A stretch of 64,000 nt of DNA, taken from NCBI RefSeq assembly GCF_964213995.1, contig NW_027590274.1:434001-498000 (forward strand), in the 5' to 3' direction. The translations under genes and the position numbers were made by a program. Position 1 is the stretch's first letter. Each line of letters begins with the position of its first letter. This stretch comes from Mustelus asterias. Its lineage: Eukaryota. Of this stretch, positions 11,410 to 23,545 are shown piece after piece. The notes under the pieces are model-generated. The model had not been told where the DNA came from. It did no database searches and worked only from the letters and a program-made list of their open reading frames with translations.

Positions 11410-12735
11410 AAGAACAAAGAAAACTACAGCACAGGAACAGGCCCTTCGGCCCTCCAAGCCTGCACCGACCATACTGCCCGACTTAACTAAAACCCACGAC
11501 CCTTCCAGAGACCATATCCCTCTATTCCCATCTCATTCATGTACATGTAGGGCGGCACGGTAGCACAGTGGTTAGCACTTCTGCTTCACAGCTCCAGGGT
11601 CCCGGGTTTGATTCCCGGCTCGGGTCACTGTCTGTGTGGAGTTTGCACATTCTCCTCGTGTCTGCGTGGGTTTCCTCCGGGTGCTCCGGTTTCCTCCCAC
11701 AGTCCAAAGATGTGCGGGTTAGGTTGATTGGCCAGGTTAAAAAATTGCCCCTTAGAGTCCTGGGATGTGTAGGTTAGAGGGATTAGCGGGTAAAATATGT
11801 GGGGGTAGGGCCTGGGTGGGATTGTGGTCGGTGCAGACTCGATGGGCCGAATGGCCTCCTTCTGCACTGTAGGGTTTCTATGATTTCTATGATTTCTATG
11901 ACTTGTCAAGACGCCGCTTAAAAGTCAATACCGTATCTGCTTCCACTCCCTCCCCCGGCAATGAATTCCAGGCACCCACCACTCTCTGTGTAAAATATCT
12001 GCCTCGTACATCTCTTTTAAACTTTACCCCTCGCACCTTAAACCTATTCCCCCTAGTAATTGACTCTTCCACCTTGGGAAAAAGCTTCTGACTATCCACT
12101 CTGTCCATGCCTCTCATAATCTTGTAGACTTCTATCAGGTCTCCCCTCAACCTCCATCACTCAAGTGAGAACAAACCAAGTTTCTCCAACCTCTCCTCAT
12201 AGCTAATGCCCTCCATACCAGGCAACGTCCTGGTAAATCTTTTCTGGACCCTCTCCAAAGCCTCCACATCCTTCTGGTAGTGTGGCGACCAGAATTGAAC
12301 ACTATATTCCAAGTGCAGCCTAACTGAGGTTCTATAAAGCTGCAACATGACTTGCCAATATTTAAACTCAATGCCCCAGCCTATGAAGGCAAGCATGCCG
12401 TATGCCTTCTTGACGACCTTCTCCACCTGCATTGCCACTTTCAGTAATCTGTGTACCTGTACACCCAGATCCCTTTGCCGATCAATATTGTTAAAGGTTC
12501 TGCCATTTACTGTATATTTCCTATCTGTATTAGACCTTCCAAAATGCATTACCTCACATGTGTCCGGATTGAACTCCATCTGCCATCTCTCCACCCAAGT
12601 CTCCAACTGGTCTATATCCTGCTGTATCCTCTGATGGTCCTCATCGCTATCCGCAAATCCACCAACCTTTGTGTCGTCTGCAAACTTACTAATCAATCCA
12701 GTTACATTTTCCTCCAAATCATTGAGATATATATA
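11410..12735 (-). mobile_element. CR1 LINE 3' end (young), containing a nested SINE and truncating ZNF-3
   Basis: KFADDTK...RLHLEYSVQFWSP..., complete 3' UTR and tail; joined to ZNF coding sequence near 12737. Confidence 0.92.
11550..11900 (+). mobile_element. Young V-SINE nested in CR1
   Basis: Near-identical to 600-940 and 27151-27490. Confidence 0.92.
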
Positions 12736-12736
12736 T

Positions 12737-13168
12737 CCTGTGTGAATTCGCTGGTGTGACCAAAGACTGGATGGCCCAGCAAAATCCTTCCCACACAAGG
12801 AGCAGGTGAACGATCTCTCCCCAGTGAACTCGCTGATGTGCACTGAGGTTGGATGAACATGAGAACCCCTTTCCACAGGTGGAGCAGCTGAACGGCCTCT
12901 CCTCAGTGTGAATTCGCTGGTGTAACAGCAGGTGGGATGAGATGGTGAATCCTTTCCCACACACAGAACAGATGGATGGCCTCTCTCCAGTGTGACTGTG
13001 TCTATGGTTTTCCAGCAAGTACGGATAATTGAATCCTTTATCACAATCATCACATTTCCATGGTTTCTCCATTTTCCCAGCCCCAATGTGACCGTGTCGA
13101 TGGGTTTCCAACCGGGATGGATAATTGAATCCTTTACCACAATCCTCACATTTCCATGGTTTGTCCAT
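12737..13168 (-). pseudogene. C2H2 ZNF-3 with duplicated first finger, frameshift and 3' truncation by CR1
   Basis: MDKPWKC...GKMEKPWKC; frameshift near 12825; about 5 fingers; acceptor at 13513. Confidence 0.88.
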
Positions 13169-14134
13169 GGTGCTGGTGTCCTTCTGTCTCTCCAGGTTGG
13201 ATGATTAGTTGAAGCCTCATCCACATACAGACCATGGTGTGATGTTTTTCAGGCTATGTAACTGGTTAAAGCTCTATCCACAGTCAGTTCACTGGAGCAC
13301 TCTCACTTGGGTGTGTGTGTGTGTGTGTCTCAGTTCTTTTTCTATCACATTGAATTTTGAAATTTTCTTCCACTGACAAAACAGGGAACGATTTATCCCT
13401 CGACTGTCAAAAGCAATCGTATTTAGGTCATGATGAATCGAATGACTCTGTTAGACTTTGATGTGAAGTTTAGTTTGAGTTTCCTGTCTGTGAATCTTCC
13501 TCTTCTAGTTCCCTGCACAAAGAGTTTTAAAAAACTGCTTCAGAACTGACAATTTCAGTTTCCACGAAACATTTCTCTGTCTCATTTATCTTGAGCTGTA
13601 ATCCCCATCCCACACACTCTCTTGTCCCTGAGCTAAAATCAAACTCATCCCCCATCTCCACTCTGAGCTCAGCTCTCTCTCCCTTCAGCTGGATTCAGTC
13701 CTCCAGACCATGTGCAGATTGAGAGGACAATCAAGAAGTCAATTATTTTCCTTCCAAGTCAGGGGACGTGCAGCCCCACTGACTCAGTTGTTACCACAAT
13801 GGGCACATGTGCCCTGCTCACCAATGAAACACCACAGTGACCATTAACATGGGCCTGTTCCTTGGAAAAGCTCCATTTTATTTGTGCCACAACAGCAGGG
13901 GAATTACCTCCTGCACAGGCACAAAGGTATCATCAGTCACAGAAAATAATTGCAGCTGGTGTTTCAAACCTCATTTTACCATTTGCTCTCAGACATTCTC
14001 AATTCAATTTTGAAATGCAAACTGAAATCTGGCATTATGGGGTAAATTAAACACATTTTAATGGTCATTTTCAGAATGACTATTCTCAAGAATTAATTCC
14101 CAAGTCAGAAAATTAAAATTCTCATCAGCAATGT

Positions 14135-14465
14135 AGGCAGCACAGTGGTTAGCACTGCTGTCTCACAGCTCCAGGGACCTGGGTTCGATTCCCAACTTGG
14201 GTCACTGTCCATGTGGAGTCTGCCCATTCTCCCCATGTCTGTGTGGGTTTTCTCCTGATGCTCTGGTTACCTCCCATCGTCCAAAGATATGCCAGTTATG
14301 TGCATTGGCTGTGCTAAATTGCCCCTTAGTGTCCTGGGATGAGTAAATTAGAGGGATTAGCAGGTTACATATGTGGGGTAATGGGAATAGGGCATCGGTG
14401 GATTGTTGTCGGTGCAGACTCGATGGGCCGAATAACCTCCTTCAGCACTGTAGGGATTCTATGAA
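14135..14465 (+). mobile_element. V-SINE
   Basis: Head, core and tail motifs present. Confidence 0.85.
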
Positions 14466-14729
14466 ATACTTTGGGAGAATTGCTATTTTAGTGGGTATTT
14501 TCACAAATGCTATAAAATGATTTTTCAAAACAAATTAATATTTTAATGATTAATAAATAAAAAGCATTTAATAAAACAACCACCCAGTGTGGGGTTCAGG
14601 ATTCTAACTCAGGGTTTCTGAGCTCCAGGAACCACTAACTGAACCAGCTGGGAATTGTCTCCACAAAACTTCCCCAACTCCCTCCCGGGAAAAAGCTGCA
14701 AACCCGGGAGCTGCAGCTTTTTACTGGGG

Positions 14730-15500
14730 GTGTTGGAGCCTCCAGCGGGTGTTTGTGAATCCTCCCCGCCCACCTCCCAGGGTTTCCTTCCTTCCCAGAG
14801 ATCAGAGTCCTCACTGATTTGAAGCCAAAGTGTTACCTCTGATTTATTGTCCCCCTCCCCCATCTTCTGATGTGAACCATCCTCCAGTGGCTGAGCCAGG
14901 ATGGGGCCGTTAACCTGGGCCTGTTCCCGGGAGGGAGGGAGGGAGAAGCCCCGCAGCTGCAAACCAGGGAGCTGACAATGATTCTGAAGGGTTTGCGGAT
15001 CCACAAAGTGTTTCCAAATCCTCCCAGCCACCGCCTAACGCTGACTCCGCTTCTCCGGGACAAACAAGCGCCAAGGACAGCAATGACACTGCGCATGCTC
15101 CACATCACAATGCCCAGGCGCTGATTGACGGCAGCTCCGGACCAATAGGAAGAGGGGGCGGGGTTGGAGGACCGAGCGGGAGCGGCTGATCCTCCAACCA
15201 ATCGGAGTGAATGAGAGGCGGGACCTGAAGCATGCGCAGTGCGGGTAATGGCGACGGACAGACGGTTATAACTTGGAAGCGAGATCAATACGAGGTAGAG
15301 GGCGGCGTGCGGGGAATGATAAATGTGGCGGGTGGGTGGAGAGACTTTGTAAACATGTTGTTCAAACCCAAACACCGGAAATGAACTTCCCGGTCCCCCT
15401 CTTTGTACCAAATGGAGCGGCAGCTTGTAGTGTTAGACCCGGGCTGACTGCCGCCATTGAGGCTGCATGTGGGAGGCCGGCAGGGATTGTGATCGGAGAG
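14730..15500. promoter_or_regulatory. CpG-island promoter (type B), possibly bidirectional
   Basis: Two TGCGCATGC motifs, two CCAAT boxes, GGGGCGGGG, ETS-like CCGGAAAT; 14730-15338 is a close inverted copy of 48622-49232; lies between divergent ZNF-3 and ZNF-4. Confidence 0.7.
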
Positions 15501-15502
15501 TG

Positions 15503-16016
15503 AACAAAGAACAAAGAAAGAACAAAGAACAGTACATCCTGGTAAACCTTCTCTGCACTCTCTCCAATGCCTCCACGTCCTTCTGGTAGTGTGGCGACCA
15601 GAACTGGACGCAGTACTCCAAATGTGGCCTAACCAGCGTTCTATACAGCTGCATCATCAGACTCCAGCTTTTATACTCTATACCCCGTCCTATAAAGGCA
15701 AGCATACCATATGCCTTCTTCACCACCTTCTCCACCTGTGTTGCCACCTTCAAGGATTTGTGGACTTGCACACCTAGGTCCCTCTGTGTTTCTATACTCC
15801 TGATGACTCTGCCATTTATTGTATAACTCCTCCCTACATTATTTCTTCCAAAATGCATCACTTCGCATTTATCCGGATTAAATTCCATCTGCTACCTCTC
15901 CGCCCAATTTTCCAGCCTATCTATATCCTGCTGTATTGCCCGACAATACTCTTCGCTACCGCAATTCCAGCCATCTTCGTGTCATCCGCAAACTTGCTGA
16001 TTACACCAGTTACACC
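15503..16016 (-). mobile_element. CR1 3' fragment with internal deletion
   Basis: ORF 15433..15888 has RT C-terminal motifs joined directly to the (TTCTTTG)n tail. Confidence 0.9.
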
Positions 16017-16217
16017 TGACGTCACAATGGAATGGGTGAGAGTGTGACGTCACAATGGAATGGGTGAGAGTGTGACGTCACAAAGGAATGGGTGTGGGTG
16101 TGACGTCACAATGGAATGGGTGTGGGTGTGACGTCACAAAGGAATGGGTGTGGGTGTGACGTCACAATGGAATGGGTGAGAGTGTGATGTCACAATGGAA
16201 TGGGTGAGAGTGTGACG
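16017..16217. repeat. 28-bp minisatellite x7 carrying CRE palindromes
   Basis: Unit TGACGTCACAATGGAATGGGTGAGAGTG starting at 16017, 16045, 16073, 16101, 16129, 16157 and 16185. Confidence 0.95.
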
Positions 16218-16777
16218 AGAGTTGTATAGAACGTTGGTTCGGCCGCATTTGGAATACTGCGCCCAGTTCTGGTCGCCACACTACCAGAAGGACGTGGAGG
16301 CTTTGGATAGAGTACAGAGGAGGTTTACCAGGATATTGCCTGGTACAGAGGGGCTTAGTTATGAGGAGAGATTGGGTAAACTGGGGTTGTTCTCCCTGGA
16401 AAGACGGAGAATGAGGGGAGATCTAATAGAGGTGTACAAGATTATGAAGGGGATAGATAGGGTGAACAGTGGGAAGCTTTTTCCCAGGTCGGAGGTGACG
16501 ATCACGAGGGGTCACGGGCTCAAGGTGAGAGGGGCGAAGTATAACTCAGATATCAGAGGGACGTTTTTTACACAGTGGGTGGTGGGGGCCTGGAATGCGC
16601 TGCCAAGTAGGGTGGTGGAGGCAGGCACGCTGACATCGTTTAAGACTTACCTGGATAGTCACATGAGCAGCCTGGGAATGGAGGGATACAAACGATTGGT
16701 CTAGTTGGACCAAGGAGCGGCACAGGCTTGGAGGGCCGAAGGGCCTGTTTCCTGTGCTGTACTGTTCTTTGTTCTTT
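16218..16777 (+). mobile_element. CR1 3' end (young)
   Basis: Open 160-aa RT C-terminus, 3' UTR and TTCTTTG tail. Confidence 0.92.
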
Positions 16778-16849
16778 GTCACAATGGAATGGGTGAGGAT
16801 TCCAGATGAGCTGAGACTGGGCTGGAGTCGGGCGCTGGCACTGACATGT

Positions 16850-17135
16850 GGCCCGGTGGCACAGTGGTTAGTGCAGCTGCCTAACAGCGCCAGGGACCCG
16901 GGTTCAATTCCAGCCTCAGGTCGCTGTCTGTGCAGAGTTTCTACATTCTCCCCGTGTCTGTGTGGGTTTCCTTCCACAGTCCAAAGATGTGCCGGTTAGA
17001 CGGATTGGCCATGATAAATTGTGACTTGGTATCAGGGGGATTAACAGGTAAATATGTGGATAGGGCCTGGATGGGATTGTTGTTGGTGCAGGCTCGATGG
17101 GCTGAATGGCCTCCTCCTACACTGTATTTTATGAT
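16850..17135 (+). mobile_element. V-SINE
   Basis: Head and tail motifs; core partly deleted. Confidence 0.8.
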
Positions 17136-17339
17136 TCATTATTATTAATTAATTACTATTCTGATTTCCAGCTGTTTCTGAGTTTTAACTGTATCCTCTA
17201 TTGTGAACACCAAAGCAAAATACTTGTTCAATTCATCTCCCAGCTCCTTATTTTTCATTATCAATTCCTGGACTCACTTTCTATTAGACAGTTAAGAAAT
17301 GGGGTAGAGCAAATGACTGAAATGTCAGTCAGGGAGCAC

Positions 17340-18010
17340 TATTGGGAGCAGCAATAATTTCAAATAGTTTTGGAAAAAGATAGGACAGGTCCACAGGTCA
17401 AGGCCCTAAACTGGAGCAGGGCCACTTTTGTGGGCATTAGGCAGGATCGAGCAGATGTCGATTCGGTGAGTTTGTTTGAAGGGAAAGGAATGACTGGCAA
17501 ATGGGAGGTTTTAAAAGTGTGATATCAAGAGTCCAGGGCAGTATATTCCTGTTAAGATGAAGGGAAAGAACGGTAAATTTAAGGATCTCTGGCAGGCAAG
17601 GGACATTGAGGCTCTGGTCAGGTAAAAGAAGGAAGCATACATTGGGTTTAGGCAATCGGGGACAAGTGAATCATTCTGACTATAAAAAGTGTAAGAAAAT
17701 ACTGAAGAGGGAAATCAGGAGGACAAAAAGAGGGTATGATATGGATCTGGCAGGTAAGATGAAAGAAAATTCCAAGAGGTTCTATAGCTATATTAAGAGT
17801 AAAAGGGTGGCTAGAGAGAGAATAGATCCCCTTAAAAATCAGTATGGCCATCTGTGTGTGGAGCCACAGGAGATGGGTGAGATTTTTAATGAATACTTCT
17901 CCTCTGTGTTTACTGCGGAGAGCACCATGGATGCTAAAGAAATAAGGGAAACAAGTGGTGATGTCTTGGGCACACGCATGTTACTTGGGAGGAGGTATCT
18001 GCAGCCTTAT
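17340..18010 (+). mobile_element. CR1 ORF2 inter-domain fragment
   Basis: KENSKRFYSYIKSKRVARE...FNEYFSSVFT. Confidence 0.85.
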
Positions 18011-18192
18011 AAAAGCAAATTACTGCGGATGCTGGAATCTGAAACCAAGAGAGAAAATGGTGGAAAGTCTCAGCAGGTCTGGCAGCATCTGTAAGGAGAG
18101 AAAAGAGCTGATGTTTCTTGTCTCGATGACCCTTTGTCAATGCTCTGAAACATCAGTTCTTTTCTCCGTACAGATGCTGCCAGACCTGCTGA
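18011..18192. mobile_element. Penelope-like pseudo-LTR fragment
   Basis: AAAGCAAATTACTGCGGATGCTGGAATCTG family with partial inversion; similar copy at 41040-41170. Confidence 0.6.
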
Positions 18193-18680
18193 GAATGGGG
18201 AGAGAGTGTGTGGGATGGAGATTTACAGCTTTTGGGAAATGAGAGAGGAAAGAATGTTCCATAGAAATTGTCTGTTCTGAATTTCTATCCTGTACTGACA
18301 CTGATGACTTTTGTAAACTCATTTTACAGGATATTGAAAGAGGAATCACAGGCTGAAATCGCAAATGTCACGTCTCGACGTGACAGAATCATATTCCTTG
18401 GGAGCTGAATATCATCGGACTTTGAATCCAGAAGGAGAAATGATTGTCCAGTCTGTCGATTTGAAAAGATTTGAAATGTCAGTGTGAGTGAAAAAGCATC
18501 AACACTCTGACACACTCGAGTGAGAGTGTTCCACTGCACTGACTAAAGAGCTTTAACCAGTTACACAGTCTGAATCAATATCACACCATTCACAGCGGGT
18601 AGAGACTGTAATCTTGTTCTGTGTGTGGACGAAGTTTCAACTAATTGTCCACTCAAGAGAGAGGTAAGGACACCTGCACC

Positions 18681-19607
18681 ATGGAGAAACCATGGAAATG
18701 TGTTGACTGTGGAAAGGGATACAGAGCCCCATCAGAGCTGGAAGCTCATCGGCGCATCCACACTGGGGAGAGACCATTCACCTGCTCTCAGTGTGAGAAG
18801 GGATTCATTCAGTTATCCGACCTGCAGTCACACCAGCGAGTTCACACTGGGGAGAGACCATTCACCTGCTCTCAATGTGGGAAGGGATTCATTCAGTTAT
18901 CCAACCTGCAGAGACACCAGCGAGTTCACACTGGGGAGAGACCATTCACCTGCTCTCAGTGTGGGAAGGGATTCCCTCGGTTATCCCTTCTGCAGACACA
19001 CCAGCAAGTTCACACTGGGGAGAGACCATTCACCTGCTCTCAGTGTGGGAAGGGATTCCCTCGGTTATCCCACCTACAGACACACCAGCAAGTTCACACT
19101 GGGGAGAGACCATTCACCTGCTCTCAGTGTGGGAAGGGATTCACTCGGGTATCCAACCTGCGGGCACACCAGCGAGTTCACACTGGGGAGAGGCCATTCA
19201 CCTGCTCCCAGTGTGGGAAGGGATTCACTCAGTTATCCAGCCTGCTGACACACCAGCGAGTTCACACTGGGGAGTGGCCATTCACCTGCTCTCAGTGTGG
19301 GAAGGGATTCCCTCAGTTATCCAGCCTGCTGACACACCAGCGAGTTCACACTGGGGAGAGACCGTTCACCTGCTCTCAGTGTGAGAAGGGATTCACTCAG
19401 TTATCCAACTTGCAGACACACCAGCGAAGTCACACTGTCGAGAAACCATTCACCTGCTCTCAGTGTGGAAAGGGATTCACTCGGTCATCCGACCTGTGGA
19501 GACACCAGCAAGTTCACACTGGGGAGAGGCCATTCACCTGCTCTGTGTGTGGGAAGGGTTTCAGCGTTTCATCCCGGCTGCTGAGACATCAACAAGTTCA
19601 CGAGTGA
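18681..19607 (+). CDS. C2H2 zinc-finger protein ZNF-4, 11 fingers
   Basis: Kozak-like GCACCATGG, MEKPWKC, 308 aa (11x28), intact; acceptor ends at 18329. Confidence 0.92.
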   Translation: MEKPWKCVDCGKGYRAPSELEAHRRIHTGERPFTCSQCEKGFIQLSDLQSHQRVHTGERPFTCSQCGKGFIQLSNLQRHQRVHTGERPFTCSQCGKGFPRLSLLQTHQQVHTGERPFTCSQCGKGFPRLSHLQTHQQVHTGERPFTCSQCGKGFTRVSNLRAHQRVHTGERPFTCSQCGKGFTQLSSLLTHQRVHTGEWPFTCSQCGKGFPQLSSLLTHQRVHTGERPFTCSQCEKGFTQLSNLQTHQRSHTVEKPFTCSQCGKGFTRSSDLWRHQQVHTGERPFTCSVCGKGFSVSSRLLRHQQVHE

Positions 19608-19827
19608 TGACAGGAGTTGGATTCTGCTGTTATTGTTTCTGCTCTCAGTTGCATCCAGGACTGCATTTTGTTCATTCTCACAGTTGGTCAATGGGAATGG
19701 TCGGAGGGTTTCTTTGTGCTGGACTGGCTGGTCTCAGCCTCCAGTGGGCTGATGCTCTTTGAGTCTTTTTACGAATACCTGGTTTCAAATGTCACAAGGA
19801 TCACAGAGTGACAGGAAGTTCAGAGAT

Positions 19828-20908
19828 ATTTAGTCAGAAGAAAACAGGTTGGCAATGCAAAGGTACCTTTCTGAATGGAGGGCTGTGACAAGTGACATTC
19901 CTCAGGGATCAGTGCTGGGACCGTTGCTGTTTGTGATATATATAAATGATTTGGAGGAAAATGTAACTGGTTTGATTGGTAAGTTTGTGAACGACACAAA
20001 GGTTGGTGGAATTGCGGATAGCGATGGGGACCGGCAGAGGATACAGCAGGATATAGGTCAGTTGGAGACTTGGGCGGAGAGTTGGCAGATGAAGTTTAAT
20101 CCGGACAAATGTGAGGTAATGCATTTTGGAAGGTCTATTACAGATGGGAAACATACAGTAAATGGCAGAACCCTTAAGAGTATTGATAGGCAGAGGGATC
20201 TGGGTGTACAGGTACACAGGTCATTGAAAGTGGCAATGCAGGTGGAGAAGATAATCAAGAAGGCATACGGCATGCTTGCCTTCATCGGCCAGGGCATTGA
20301 GTTTAAAAATTGGTAAACATGTTGCAGCTTTATAGAACGTTAGTTAGACCGCACTTGGAATTTAGTGTTCAATTCTGGTCACCACACTACCAGAAGGATG
20401 TGGAGGCTTTGGAGAGGGTACGGAAAATATTTATCAGGATGTGGCCTGGTGTGGAGGGCATTAGCTATGAGGAGAGGTTGGAGAAACTTGGTTTGTTCTC
20501 ACTGGAACGACGGCAGTTGAGGGGGGGGGGGGGCGACCTGATAGAAGTCTACAAGATTATGAGGGGCATGGACAGAGTGGATAGTCAGACGCTTTTTCCC
20601 AGGGTGGAAGAGTCAATTACGAGAGGCATAGGTTTAAGGTGCGAGGGGCAAGGTTTAAAGGAGATGTACAAGGCAGGTTTTTTACACAGAGGGTGGTGGG
20701 TGCCTGGAACTCGTTGCCGGGGAAGGTAGTGGAAGCAGATACGGCAGTGACTTTTAAGATGTGTCTTGACAAATATATGAATAGCATAGGAATAGAGGGA
20801 TATGGTCCCCGGAAAGGTAGGGGGTTTTAGTTCAGACGGGCAGCATGGTTGCTGCAGGCTTGGAGGGCCAAAGGGCTTGTTTCTGTGCTGTAATTTTCTT
20901 TGTTCTTC
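19828..20908 (+). mobile_element. CR1 3' portion inserted in the ZNF-4 tail
   Basis: [18 protein letters not shown] through the 3' UTR; absent from paralogous tails. Confidence 0.92.
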
Positions 20909-22423
20909 ATTCTGTTTGGAACATCCCAAATGCCCATTCAATTTCCTTTTTAATTGTTTATTGTCTCCACTTCCTCCACCCTCATAGACAGCGAGTTTCA
21001 GGTCATTACCATTCGCTGCATCAGAATATTCTTCCTCACCCCCCCCCCACCCCCCCACGGTCCCCTTGCATCTTTGACCCAAAACAAGAAATCTGTGTCC
21101 CCCCTCGTCCTTGTCCCTTCAGCTAATGGGAACAGCTTTTCTTTGTCCACCTTATCTAAACCTGTCAGAATCTTGTCTACTTCTATCAAATCTCCCCTCA
21201 ACCTCCTTTGCTCCAAGGAGAACAACCCCAGCCTGACATTGACAATAAAGAACAAACTAACAGAATATGTTACTGTCTGAAATCAAATGGGAATGTTTAA
21301 TTTCTGTTTTAAAGATATTGTGGATATATTGTCCTGGACAATAAAGGAATTGGAATTACTCACCTTGGGTGTGGTTGAATGGAATATATCAATCTGGTAT
21401 CCACCAACAGTCTAGTGAAAGTCTGGAATATGTACAAAGAACAATACAGCACAGGAACAGGCCCTTCGGCCCTCCAAGCCTGCACCGATCATGTGTTCCT
21501 AACTGGACCATCCGTTTGTATCCCTCTATTCCCAGTCTGTTCATGTGGCTATCTCAATAAGTCTTAAATGATCCTAGCATGTCTGCCTCAACCACCTTGC
21601 TTGGTAGTGCATTCCAGGCCCCCACCACCCTCTGTGTAAAATACATCCCCCGCATATCTGTACTGAACCTTGCCCCCCTTACTTTGAACTTGTGACCCCT
21701 TGTGTTTGTCATTTCTGACCTGGGAAAAAGCTTCCAACTGTTCACCCTATCTATTCCCTTCATAATTTTATAAACTTCTATAAGGTCGCCCCCTCAACCT
21801 CCGTCTTTCCAGGGAGAACAACCCTAGTTTACTCAATCTCTCCTCATAGCTAATACCCTCCATACCAGGCAACATCCTGGTAAACCTTTTCTGCACTCTC
21901 TCCAAAGCCTCCACATCCTTCTGGTAGTGCGGTGACCAGAACTGGACACAGTATTCCAAATGTGGCCTAACCAACGTTCTATGTAACTGCAACATCATAT
22001 GCCAACTTTTATACTCTATGCCCCGTCCAATAAAGGCAAGCATGCCATATGTCTTCTTCACCACCTTTTCCACCTGTGCTGCCACCTTTAAGGATCTGTG
22101 GACTTGCACACCCAGATCCCTCTGCGTGTCTCTGCTCCTGATGGTTCTGCCATTTATCGTATAGCTCCCCCCTGCATTAGATCTACAAAATGCATCACTT
22201 TGCATTTATCTGGATTAAATTCCATCTGCCATTTCTCTGCCCAATTTTCCAGCCTATCTATGTCCTGCTGTATTCTCTGACAATGTTCATCACTATCCGC
22301 AACTCCAGCAATCTTTGTGTCGTCCACAAACTTACTAATCAGACTAGCTACATCTTCCAAATCATTTATATATATCACAAACAGCAGAGGTCCCAGTACA
22401 GAGCCCTGCGGAACACCTGAGTC

Positions 22424-23545
22424 ATGATGTGGAGATGCCGGCGTTGGACTGGGGTAAACACAGTAAGAGTTTTAACAACACCAGGTTAAAGTCCAACAGG
22501 TTTATTTGGTAGCAAATGCCATTAGCTTTCGGAGCGCTGCTCCTTTCGACCACCTGCTCCATCTGACGAAGGAGCAGCGAACAAACAACGAACAATACAG
22601 CACAGGAACAGGCCCTTCAGCTCTCCAAGCCCACGCCACTCCCTGGTCCAAACTAGACCATTCTTTTGTATCTCTCCATTCCCACTCCGTTCCTGTGGCT
22701 ATCTAGATAAGTCTTAAACGTTCCCAGTGTGTCCGCCTCCACCACTTTGCCCGGCAGCGCACTCCAGGCCCCCACCACCCTCTGTGTAAAATACATCCCT
22801 CTGATATCCGTGTTGAACCTCCCCGCCACCCCCCCCCCCCCCCCACCTTGAACCTATGACCCCTCGTGAACGTCACCACCGATCTGGGAAAAAGCTTCCC
22901 ACGTTCACCCTATCTATGCCTTTCATAATTTTATACACCTCTATTAGGTCACCCCTCATCCTCCGTCTTTCCAGTGAGAACAACCCCAGTTTACCCAATC
23001 TCTCCTCATAACTAAGCCCTTCCATACCAGGCAACATCCTGGTAAACCTCCTCTGCGCTCTCTCTAAAGCCTCCACATCCTTCCGGTAGTGTGGCGACCA
23101 GAACTGGGTGCAGTATTCCAAATGCGGCCGAACCAACGTTCTATACAACTGCAACATCAGACCCCAACTTTTATACTCTATGCCCTGTCCTATAAAGGCA
23201 AGCATGCCATATGCCTTATTCACTACCTTCTCCACCTGTGACGTCACCTTCAAGGATCTGTGGACTTGCACACCCAGGTCCCTCTGCGTACTTACACCCT
23301 TTATGGTTCTGCCATTTATCGTATAGCTCCCCCCTACGTTAGTTCTACCAAAATGCATCACTTCGCATTTATCAGGATTGAACTCCATCTTCCATTTCTT
23401 TGCCCAAATTTCCAGCCTATCTATATCCTTCTGTAGCCTCTGACAATGTTCCTCACTATCTGTGCTCCGAAAGCTAATGGCATTTGCTACCAAATCAACC
23501 TGTTGGACTTTAACCTGGTGTTGTTAAAACTCTTACTGTGAACAC
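22424..23545. mobile_element. Penelope-like inverted pLTR pair split by a CR1 insertion
   Basis: pLTR (-) 22426-22545; pLTR (+) CCATCTGACGAAGGAGCAGCG resumes as GCTCCGAAAGC near 23464. Confidence 0.75.
22580..23461 (-). mobile_element. CR1 3' end (young)
   Basis: ORF 22873..23493 RT C-terminus, 3' UTR and tail. Confidence 0.92.

Noticed and set aside
11550-11625. SINE heads as tRNA genes
   Set aside because: A and B boxes run into the V-SINE core and tail; not independent tRNAs
12157-13224. 355-aa ORF fusing a zinc finger to CR1 RT
   Set aside because: Mostly off-frame ZNF sequence running by chance into an inserted LINE; not a plausible fusion gene
14833-15411. Similar ORFs at 14833..15411 and 48762..49661
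   Set aside because: Open frames through GC-rich duplicated promoters with no recognisable domain
16017-16217. CRISPR-like array
   Set aside because: Units are contiguous with no unique spacers; vertebrate context with no cas genes
18759-19560. CACACTG and CAGTGTG heptamer-like pairs 23 nt apart in ZNF repeats
   Set aside because: Explained by His-Thr-Gly and Gln-Cys codons; no nonamer at 12 or 23 nt
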